In this document: piece after piece, positions 47,547-57,816 of the stretch
How positions within the stretch are numbered: the stretch's first letter is position 1
How the letters are laid out: each line of letters opens with the position of its first letter
Source of the DNA: Mantamonas sphyraenae STR306
Taxonomy: Eukaryota; Protista; CRuMs
DNA length: 64,000 nucleotides
NCBI GenBank assembly: GCA_026936335.1
Contig: JAPMXV010000044.1
Coordinates: forward strand, 62,001 to 126,000
Direction: 5' to 3'
The notes under the pieces: model-generated
Databases searched by the model: none
Told to the model about the DNA's origin: nothing
What the model saw: only the letters and a program-made list of their open reading frames with translations
Position numbers and translations under genes: made by a program

Positions 47547-48380
47547 ATGTTCAGCCGGTGCAGGTCGTCCCTACACGTGGCATCCACAGCTCGCGTGGCA
47601 CCAGTGCCAATGGCTGGCAAACATACAAACGCAGATGCAGCCATGACGGGTGTGTACGAAGCACCGGCACGTTTTGACTTTGCCCTCGGTGCAGAGCATC
47701 TGAGCAGCATGGAGGAGCACCTCACTGGTTTTCCGCGTCGCATTCTTGCGCGGGACTCGAAGCAAATTGTGGAGCAGCACCACAAGTCCAACGTGGAGCG
47801 TGCCACAAAGGCCGGACTCGCGCACCCTCCGAAAGCGCCTGTGGTTCCTGCTGCAGCCGTGCTGGTTCCCTTTATCAATGTCAACGACAAATTGTGTCTG
47901 TTGTACTCGCTGCGCTCTTCCGAAGTGGGCACACACAAGGGGCAAGTGTCGTTTCCAGGCGGCAAGATGGATCCAGAGGACAACGGCTCACCCGTGGCCA
48001 CTGCCGTGCGCGAAACCCAGGAGGAGATCGGTGTCACCGATGTGCATGTGATGGGTCTCTCACACGACTGGCCAGCCATCACAGGCATCGTGGTGACCCC
48101 GGTGTTGGGGTTTCTTGGCTCGGTACCCGACCACGAGCACGTGCGGGACGTGCTCACCACGTGGAGCGAGAGGGAAATCGATGATGTTTTCACTGTCGAA
48201 GTATCCACTCTGGTGGACCCGTCCAACGTCGAAATCCAAGAGTTTGAGGATCGGATGTTCAGCGGTCAGCCCGTCAGGGTCCCACGCTATCATGCGGGCA
48301 CACATCCCATTTGGGGTCTCACAGCAATGATCACCGACAGTGTGATTCGCACACATTTGCAACCAACTTGGCTGCTGTAG
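47547..48380 (+). CDS. NUDT8: Mitochondrial CoA diphosphatase Nudix hydrolase (NUDT8/PCD1-like)
   Basis: AAVLVPF...LLYSLRSS...HKGQVSFPGG...TAVRETQEEIG Nudix box and IWGLTA; presequence-like N-terminus. Confidence 0.88.
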   Translation: MFSRCRSSLHVASTARVAPVPMAGKHTNADAAMTGVYEAPARFDFALGAEHLSSMEEHLTGFPRRILARDSKQIVEQHHKSNVERATKAGLAHPPKAPVVPAAAVLVPFINVNDKLCLLYSLRSSEVGTHKGQVSFPGGKMDPEDNGSPVATAVRETQEEIGVTDVHVMGLSHDWPAITGIVVTPVLGFLGSVPDHEHVRDVLTTWSEREIDDVFTVEVSTLVDPSNVEIQEFEDRMFSGQPVRVPRYHAGTHPIWGLTAMITDSVIRTHLQPTWLL

Positions 48381-48587
48381 CGGCGGATGAAGAAATGAAC
48401 TCGTCCAAAAAGACGGCGTGCCAAAAATCGGCCACCTCCGGCATGCCCTCGTGTTCTCCAACTTGCCGATGCGACCATGTGCTTGCAACACCCCGAAGGC
48501 ATGTTGTGTTCATTTTTCATGAGATTCATGCAGATTTGGCCCTCGCCAGGCCCTGGGTAGTCCATTGAAACATCTGGCTTCGATTTG

Positions 48588-51500
48588 ATGTCTGGAGCCC
48601 AATTTCACATCTCCACCATTGCGGTGGTGATGATCACGTGCTTTGTGGTCGCCTCACAGGCCACCACGAGTCAGGAAGAATTGATGAGCCGTTGGACAGG
48701 TGTCGACGACGTCGTCGACGCCACTGTTGAACAAGTCCCAGCGTCGGTGCCTGACAGCGAGTTCTACTCTGTCCGCACCGAAAACTCTGTTCCGTTTGAC
48801 AAGGAAACGTCTGCTTTGCCGTCAACGGGCCAGCTGCATGACGCAGAAAAAAACACGCTCAGGCGAGAGTTTGAGGCAGTTCTGCAAGCAGGCGGTCTAA
48901 AGGCACACACAAAGTCCCGAGGCGACGTCAACGTCCACGAGGACTATGTGAAAATGCATCACGACCACTCCAGCAGCGTGCGTCTGATTCGCAGGCCGAC
49001 AAACGCTCTTCAGAAGAGTGACCCCTTGGAAATTTTCCAGACGGTGATTCCCGATGCGTTCGGCAAAGCAGCCCAAAAGGCCCAAGGGCAGACCGACAAG
49101 AAACAGGTGGTGCTCAACCACGATGAACTGATGGATGATGTTGATCTCGAGGATCTGGATACCCAGCCCGAGCTGGATGCGCCTTGTGAGTTTTTCCATG
49201 TGTGGTGTGGGCTCCATGTGTGTGGCGCCTGACGTGCGGGCGCCCCCCCCGCCCTTGGTACATGATTCTGACACTATTCTCTTCCCTGCAAAATAGCAAT
49301 TGCCCCATTCGAAGGACTGCTCGAGATTCCCGATGCGATTGTGTCCAAATACGGTCTGCGTGCTGGCAGCCGCTTCGCCACTGAAGAGGGTCTTTTTCGC
49401 CTCGTGGCGGAGAAGCCGGACTCCTCATCCGCGGCCGGGTACACACGTTTCAGCTGTCTCCGTTCCGGTCTGTTGGAGAACGTTCAAGATGCAGACATCG
49501 AGACGACCATCCACGATGCACGCGACATGTACCAGGACGTGGCCACGGGTGAGTTGACGGACACGTACGACACCCCCACGACGCCTCTGGACGAGATCCG
49601 CATGGCCCAGGCTCGCATGAGGCGGGTGGCTTCCGAGTTCATCGACGAGCAAGTCGACGACGACGATGAAGGAAACCTGATCGAGGACGAGGAACTGCAC
49701 GAGAAGCACATTGCCTTCCGCACAGCACAGCGCACACTGCTCAAGGAGACCACAGCCCAACGGGCATGGGAGAGCATGCACCCGACAACCACCCTATCTC
49801 GGCCAGTATCCAACGACGTCGAGGGTTTGGAGGAGGTGGAGGACCGAAACACCTTCTTGCGCGGCCTGGCTGGCAAGCTGGCCAACGCAATCAACAGTGT
49901 CAGCCGTGCGGTTGCCAGGACTCTCTCCAATCTGAAGAATGCCACCGCAGCGGCGCTCAAGAAGGCATACAATGCCATCAAGTCTGTGGTAAACACAATC
50001 AGGGATGGCCTGAACAAGCTGGCCGAGAGTGTCAGCAGTGCTGTCAACAACATGGCCAACAAGATGATTGATGGCATCAAGTTTGTCGGTGGCGCCATCA
50101 GCAATGCCGCCAAGTCTGCCGTCATGGCTGGCATCAACCTCGCCAACTCTGCAATCAACAAGGCCAGGTCGGCCATGGACAAGGCAGCGCAAGCCATGCG
50201 AGACGCTGCCAAGAGAGCTGCCAACGCAGTGGCCCACGCAGCCACCATGTTTGCAGACCAAGTGAAGAACGCAGCCAGTCAAGCAGGCAAGGCCATTGCC
50301 AGTGCCGCCAAGGCTGTAGGGAAGGCTGTCAAGGGCGCCATCGCCTTTATTGGCGACATGCTGCAGGGCAAGCTGAATCTGGAGCACGACTTTGCCAAAA
50401 AGGCCCAGATCAGCGTCAGCGTGCGCGCACGCTACCTGATCAACGTCAACAAGCGCCATGTCAAGATTCGTGTGGGTATGACCAAGGCCACCTTCAAGAT
50501 TGTGCCCAAGTTTGTGCTGACAGTGAGGATCAAAAAGTTCAAGCTGCAGAGGCTGTCCGCCATCCTGAGCGGTGAGGTGGATCTCGGCGTCCGCGCCGTC
50601 GCCGAACTCTACGGTGTCTTCCGCAAGAAGAAGGAGACGCTGCTGAAGAAGGCCAAGCCCAAGAAGGTGCGCTTCCAGGTGGGCCCAGTGCCAATCATCA
50701 TCTTCATCCACAAGAAGGTGTTTGCTGGCACAAAGGTCAACGTCAACGCAGGGATGAAGGTGGAGACAAAGGCTGGAGTGTACGCCATGATCAGAACAGG
50801 TCTTGAGTACACACGCGCAAGGGGCTTCCGTGCCATCTTTGAAAAGCGCTTCCATCGCGAGTTCAAGAAACCCGACCACATCCAACCGTGCGCCCAGATC
50901 TCCTTTGAGATGTACCTCAGGGGCCGTGTGGAGTTCCTTGTCTACAACCAGGCAGGTCCGACGTTCTCTCTGATCCCGTTCACGAGGCTCGAGTACGACC
51001 CCATCGCCGGCCTTGAGGGCTGCAAGACCAAAAAGGCAAAGGCAAAAGCAAAGGCAAAGGCAAAGGCGAAGAAACGCACGCGAGTTCAGGATGTTGACGC
51101 AGACAGCAACGCCATCAAGCCCATCTATTCAACATGGAGGCTGTACCTTGGCTTCCGCGGAAACGTCGGCGCAAAGATCCAGTTCTTTGGAAGGAAGATG
51201 TTTGACGAGGAGAAGGAGCTCCTGGAGGTGAAATGGAAGGTGGCCAGTGGAAAGGTGCGCATGCCCCTACCGACGGACGTGGAGGACGACGATGCGGATG
51301 CGGACAAGCAGGAGAGCCTGGACGACGAGTTTGACGCCATGCTTGAAGACGAGGACTGGGCCAACGCACGACTGCCCGCAGCAGGAGAAGAGGATGTCGG
51401 TGGTATTGGAGACGACGACTCCAGAGGGTATTGGTACACGAGGTGGCATTCATTGATCGATTGGATGGCCCGACGCAACCGAGGTCTGGCCCGAATCCTC

Positions 51501-52739
51501 ATCTCCAGGTGCGACGCCCATTGGACCCTGCAACTGAAGTACAAGTGTTTGAAGAAGTACAAGTCCGACTATTACGTGCATCGCCCGCGAGCGTACGCAC
51601 AGAACCGAAAGAACCACCGACTGGACCGAAAGCACCACGTGCGCTGGGCGAGGAACTTTTGGGGCGAGTGCATGCAGGCGTCAACATGGAAACGCCGTGA
51701 GTACTGCCTGAAGATCAACAGCGACGACTTTTACGTGGGCAAGATCAAGTTCCTGAAGCTGATGAAAGAGCTGAAAACGTACACGAGCCGTTGGCGCCTC
51801 TATCGCGGCACAGCCATCCATCTCCAGAAGACCTGGGTGGGCCGTTGTGCCTACCTGGAACAGAAGATGCTCCCGATGCGATCCAAGGACATGTTCTACA
51901 AGGTGGGATCGAAGTACCGTGCCGTTTCGCGCAGCCACTTCCAACGCGCCCACAGGCGCTGCATGCGCTACAGGAAGTGGGAACAACGTGCAGACTGCAT
52001 CAAAAAGGCTTTCCAGACTACTTTGGACATGAAGCGCTACTCGTCGACGTACTACGCCATGCTCAAGATGGACCGCGCCTGGGCAAGGATGACCAAGCGC
52101 GAGTGCGATCGGCTTTCGTGGGCCAAGGCCGCTCCCTGCATGGCCAAGGGCTTTGCCGAGGTCAAACACCGAGGTGAGTACCGCAACTTGCGCATGTCCA
52201 TGTCCCGCCGCGATCACAGCTCGTGTATGCGCCATTCCACCTGGAAGGCGCGACTGCGATGTGCCGAGAACAAGGTCGGCTCCTCGGCCTACCGACACCA
52301 GGTTCATGCCGTGCGTCGCGCCATGAACAAGATTGACCGCAATCTGTTCAGGCGCACGTGGCGCCCTTGCATGCGCCTGTCCTGGAAGGATGCCGCCGGT
52401 TGCATCCGCGTCGCCCTGATCAAAGCACGCCGGGAAGGCCCCAAGATGCGAGCCCAAAAGAGGAGGCTTGTTGCCAGCAAGAAGGCCAGAATTGCCAGCA
52501 ACCTGCGCAACAGCAGGCAAAAGGCAAAACTGCAGCACGACCGTTCGCGTGCGAGGCGCACTCTCCGCGAGGCTCTGTTGGCCAGGCGCAACATGCAAAG
52601 GGTGCGTGGAGAAGTCCCCACCTCGGTGTGGTCCGAGATGGAAAGCAAGGTCGACACAAGCATCCGCGAGTCCCGCAAGCTCATCCGCAAGTGCGACAGT
52701 GAGATTGCCAAGATCAACCGCGCCGCGCGCAACCTTTGA
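48588..52739 (+). CDS. Large secreted protein of unknown function (~1346 aa), 1 intron (49186-49296)
   Basis: Signal peptide MSGAQFHISTIAVVMITCFVVASQA. A GTGAGT...TAG intron joins the 215-aa and 1132-aa ORFs in frame. Strong coding-type codon bias. Confidence 0.8.
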
Positions 52740-52863
52740 TTGTTTCAGGATATGTGAAGGTGTCCATGGGATGCGTTGGAACAAGCACATCGTTGTGAGA
52801 ATGAGCCGTGATTCGCAACAAAGGCCTGCACGTTCCCGTCTCGTCCAAAACAATCCTTGCCAC

Positions 52864-53941
52864 ATGTCCACCAGCACCACCGTCGAAGACCTTCAAGAAT
52901 ACACATGCGTACAGGCTGCAGCTGTGGCTGAGAACAAGAACAGACGTCACCGCCGCAAAATGGAGGTAAGGGTGCAGAGCCAGCTGACACCGCACACGAC
53001 AAGGAGGCGTCGCTGACACACCGCACACACCGCACACGGCATACTGCACACTGCACGCAGGACGCACATGTGCTGCTGAACGGCGTTGCAGGCGACGACA
53101 AACAGGGCCTGTTCTGCGTGTTTGACGGCCATGGCGGAGACAAAGTGGCAAAATGGGCAGGCGAGAACTTTGCCAATGTACGCGTCAGCAGCCTGGCCCA
53201 CAGCAGGGACAGTTGACTCACACAACGTCAAACACGTTTCGTGTGCACACACTCTCTCTCGCTGCACACGTGGCACCGCTTTCACACGCCCCCCCCCCCA
53301 CACACACACACACACACGCACAGGTGTTGCAAGAGAAACTCGCAGAGAGGGGCGACTCCGCAGAGGACTGGGACTCTCTTTGGGCAGACACGTACGCAGA
53401 ATGCGATGCGCAAATCAAAGAAGAGACGAGTATGCAGTACTCAGGCACGACGGCAGTGACGTGTCTGGTGTGGATGCAGGGCGAGGAACGTGTTCTGCAC
53501 ACCGCAAACGCCGGCGACGCGCGCGCTGTGCTCCTCAGCGGTGACGACAGCACGTCCCTCACTGCCAAGCGACTCACCGAAGACCACAAACCGTCGGATG
53601 ACTCAGAGACCAAGCGTATCACCGACGCAGGTGGGTTTGTCAAGGGCGGTCGCGTGCTGGGCATGCTCGCAGTCAGTCGCGCCCTGGGCGACCACACCAT
53701 GAAGGACTTTGTCGTCAGCACACCCAGTGTATCGCAACACGTTCTCGATGCCAAGGCCAAAGACCACTTCCTCGTCGTCGCCTGCGACGGCGTGTGGGAC
53801 GTGTTCTCCGACGACCAGCTCGCCGACTTTGTCGCCCAGGCTGACGACCAGAGCGTCGAAGCGCTGGCCAAGGCCATTGTCGATGCTTCCATCGAGCGTG
53901 GCTCCACCGATAACATTACCTGTGTGGTGGTACAACTTTGA
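52864..53941 (+). CDS. PP2C/PPM protein phosphatase (PTC1-like), 2 introns
   Basis: RRKME|DAH, FCVFDGHGG, SGTTA, ANAGDARAVL, LAVSRALGD, ACDGVWDV and GSTDNIT. Confidence 0.93.
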
Positions 53942-54011
53942 AAGCGGAATGAAGGAACCCCACCCACGCGCACCCAACCCATCCTCACTGGCTCCGTCCC
54001 TCTGTTGCCAC

Positions 54012-55115
54012 ATGTCCACTCGCACTCTTTCAGACAACGAACAAACCCACGAACAAACTGTCACCACATCGACCAAGCCCCGGGCAAAGGCAAAGCGACC
54101 GAAGCCCAGGTGGCGCATAGTTGAACGACTCCAAGAGGCGTTGGATGATGCGGTCACTGAGCAACTGCAAGCGTGGGCATTGGAACACGCCACAGAAGCC
54201 TCTGCAGCCGCCCTGGTCCCCAAAAAATGGGAACTGGTGGGAGACATCTGCGTGCTGCAAGGACTGCACTCTGAAGAGCTGCAGGCGTATCCAGAGCTGT
54301 GCGAGGCTCTGGGAAACGCAGTGCTGAGCGAAATGACAAAAGCTCGTCTGGTTTGCGTGGACTCGGGCGTTGTCAAGGGCGAACTGCGCCAGCCGAGCGA
54401 GTTCCTCGTGCTGGCCACTCGCAAAGGCTGTGACGACAGCACAGAGACCGTCCACAAAGAGTCGGGCATTCTATTCAGCCTGGATGTGGCGCACATTATG
54501 TTTGCGTCTGGCAATGGGACGGAGCGCACGCACTGGGCACAGATCGACGCTTGCGGCCACACCGTGGTCGACATGTTTGCTGGCATCGGCTACTTCAGCG
54601 TGCCCCTTGCCAAGAACAATGCACACATGCAACGACTTGTGTGCATCGAAAAGAACACCGTGTCCTTTGGCTATCTGCAGCAGAACATGGCGCTCAACAA
54701 GGTCGACCCAGAGGAGTGCAATGTGATCCTCCTCTGTGGCGACAACAGAGAGGAGGGAGACGCATACTTGCACACAGCCCACCGCATCAGCATGGGCTAC
54801 ATTCCTACACCCATTGGCTTCATCGGACGCGCTCTCGACTTTGCCGTCGTCGATGACGCAGGCACACCGTGTGTCATCCATTACCACTACACAAGCACCA
54901 AGGACGAGTCGCATACACTGCCTCTGGAGCATTTTCAGGAGCAGAGTGCTGCGTGGAGCCTCGAGCAGCAGCACTACACGGTGGCGTCGATGCAGCTTCT
55001 CGAGGTGCGCAAGATCAAGGCGTATGCTCCACAACTGTTTCATTACGTGGCCGAAATCCAAGTGGTAGTGCAACAGCAGCAGCAGCAGCAGGCGGCAGCA
55101 AGCGCAGAGGAATGA
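54012..55115 (+). CDS. TYW2: tRNA wybutosine-synthesizing protein 2 (Met-10/TRM12 family)
   Basis: VPKKWELVGD, HKESGILFSLD...MFASGNGTER, VVDMFAGIGYFSVP and VRKIKAYAP. Confidence 0.88.
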   Translation: MSTRTLSDNEQTHEQTVTTSTKPRAKAKRPKPRWRIVERLQEALDDAVTEQLQAWALEHATEASAAALVPKKWELVGDICVLQGLHSEELQAYPELCEALGNAVLSEMTKARLVCVDSGVVKGELRQPSEFLVLATRKGCDDSTETVHKESGILFSLDVAHIMFASGNGTERTHWAQIDACGHTVVDMFAGIGYFSVPLAKNNAHMQRLVCIEKNTVSFGYLQQNMALNKVDPEECNVILLCGDNREEGDAYLHTAHRISMGYIPTPIGFIGRALDFAVVDDAGTPCVIHYHYTSTKDESHTLPLEHFQEQSAAWSLEQQHYTVASMQLLEVRKIKAYAPQLFHYVAEIQVVVQQQQQQQAAASAEE

Positions 55116-55141
55116 CGACCCAGCCAAAGGACAGAAACGCA

Positions 55142-57759
55142 TCAGGGTTTGCCCTGGCGGATGACATTGGCCATCGCAGTAAAATTGTTGCTCTTGATGG
55201 CAGCGCGGCAACCGGTGGTGACTGCGGTGCGTGCTTCGCCAACACGCAAATTGCTGGCCATTTGGATGATCTGGTTGACGTCCTTGAGACACTTGAGCAG
55301 CGCCTCGTGGTTGTTGCGTCTCTTGTTGTACTCGGCCATCAGTTCGTGGTTCAGGTCATACAGAGTGCTGAAGCAGTTTTTCATGGCCTCCATGTTGCCC
55401 AGCAGTCGCGCGTCCTCTGCCTTGATGACCATCATCTTCAGAAACTGCGAGCGGTCCGCCATGTCCGCCGTCAGCTTCTGGCGAACTGCATTAAAGTTAT
55501 TCACATGGCCCAAGACCTCCTCCAGTTCGGCGAGGGTATCGGGGAAGTCTGCCTCCGATTCCAGATTGCTGATGTTCAGATCGCGGCACAGCGAGTTGAC
55601 AAGTTCCCCAGCAATGGCCATGTCATTGGTACGCAGCGTCATGACGCCGTTGTCACCCGTCATGTGCATGTGGATCATCTGCGACTCTTCCGTGAGGTGC
55701 TGGAACACCACGTCCAGACTTCCGGAAGGCAGTTTCTCCGTCATCACAAAATTGTTTTCGATCCACATGATCACGCGGTTGACACGGTCGTGCACATCAA
55801 ACACCACCGAGTTTGTGGGCAAATCCTTCTGCTGCACGCTTCCTCGTTGCATCAGCGACCAGTTGCAGAATCCGGGCACGTCTTGCTGGCGTTCGAATAC
55901 TGTGAACGACGTGGCGCCACGCATGCCCACGAGCACCTTGACCGCAACCGTGCCACCTGTCGTGCCCTTCAGTGACACTGGGATCATCACCTCGTTTGTG
56001 GGATTCAGAGGATGGCTGCGGGGCGAGTCAGTGAGCCGCTCTGCAATTAGCGCACGACGACGCAGATCCACTTACATCACAATTGTGTCGCTGTGCAGCA
56101 CGTTGTCCGACTCGAGCACTACTGATTTGACAATGGTGCTCGACGTGGACGCAATCACCATGTCCACACGACGTTCGTTCTGCCAAATCCGTGTCAGCAT
56201 CGCACACGGCACACACACAAACACACACACACATACACACACACACACACACCACTTACGTTGTTGATGCGCAGCTTGCACGACACCTGCGTTTGCTTGG
56301 GAATGCTTCCCGCTTCCAGAGATTCGCCGTTCTTGGCCTTCTTGAGGCCGACTTCATAGGTCTGCAGTTCATACAGCAGCTCCTGCTTGCGCTGGTTCAG
56401 CTCCGACAGCGTGTTCTCCACCAAACTCTCGTCCATAAGGTTGCTGCCCATCTGCGCCTCGGCAGGCAGGTAGCCACGCACCTCACCCTCGTACGAGCAG
56501 CAAACAACTTCCAGGTTGCCGTCGAGGCGATAATCTGCCTCCACAATGGCGCTTACCGACGAACTAAAGTGGTCCTTGAAAACAATCTCGCCCGACGTGT
56601 CAGACAGAACCTGCAGTCGTCCGTTGGACCAGCCGGCGATGAGTTCGGGCTGGCCGTCGGCGTCGAGATCAAAGCCGCCCAGCGCAGTCACCTCGTGCTT
56701 GTACTTTTTGCGCCACACGTTCTTCTCCTTGTTGTACACGCCCACTGTGCCGTTGATCAGGCCAAACCCGTATGTGGTGTGGCGCATGCCGCACAGGGCG
56801 ACAATTGCTTCCGTTTCGTGGATCTCCGAAAACACCTCCTCCCCCTGGAAGATGCGAATATCAAAGTCCTCTGAGCCCACCAGTAGCTCGTACTGTCCGT
56901 CTTCATCCACGTCCAGCAGCTCCAACGACGTGACGTTGTCTCCCGTGAGCGTCCAGAACGCCTCCTCGCCCTCGGCGTCGTAGCTGGAGGTGTGTGTGTG
57001 TGCACATGTGTGTGAGCGAGGTGCTTCTGCGCATGTGTAGATGTACATGCGCATATGTATTTGCGCATGGAAGTGGAGGAGCAAAGGCTGCTTGTGCGAG
57101 GGTGTGCCTGGGAAACGCACCCTTGGATGGAGCAGTTGCCGCCAACCACAATCAAGGGCGTGGCAACGTCACCCACTCGGCCCACCACGGCCTGGGCCAC
57201 GCCGTCGTTGACGTCGCGGTAAAACACATCTGAATTCTCCTGCACGTCATAGCTGTGTGTGCGCAGGATGCGTGTATGCGCGAGTGTGTGTGAGGGTGAA
57301 AGTCAGCAAAACGGAGGGCCTTTTGGCGCCATCGCCCCTCGAAAACGCCGAAACGCACGCCAGCAGGTTGGATTCGCTTCCCACAAACAGTGTGTCCCTG
57401 CCCTCTGTGGCACCAATGTCGCCTGCCACCAGCCCCGTGACATTTTGGTTGATGTTGAGGAAGCGCACGGCCTGTTCTTCGTGCGGGCTGTGCAAGAACA
57501 CGCGCCCGCCTGTCGTCGCACATGTCAGACTCGGGTGCTCGCCATCGTCTGTGGGTCATTCACGCGTGGGTAAAGGCAGCGGTGAAGCGCGTCGTCACGA
57601 TTCAAACCGGAATGTGAGCAAGAGGGGTGGCCCATCCAGATCCCGCCCACACTACTTCCCCTCTCATCCACGCCACTACACAAACGTACACTTGCCCACA
57701 GTGGCCAAATCCGTCAGGATTTTGTTGTTGACGAAAAAGTTGAAGCAGGGAATGAGCAT
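55142..57759 (-). CDS. BBS2: Bardet-Biedl syndrome 2 protein (BBSome), about 5 introns
   Basis: MLIPCF...VGK|YDGEHPSLTCATTGGRVFLH, VGGNCSIQG, ELLVGSEDFDIRIF, ELIAGWSNG and ASNLRVGEA...CRAAIKSNN. Confidence 0.93.
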
Positions 57760-57816
57760 GGCTGCGCGAAAAGGGTTGGACAGACTCGCGCGTCCTTGGC
57801 CAACCGTCCGCCCTCC

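Noticed and set aside
49848-50370. Phage tape-measure-like or viral insertion
   Set aside because: The Ala-rich helical run sits inside a spliced, signal-peptide-bearing gene with no viral neighbours, so the resemblance is compositional.
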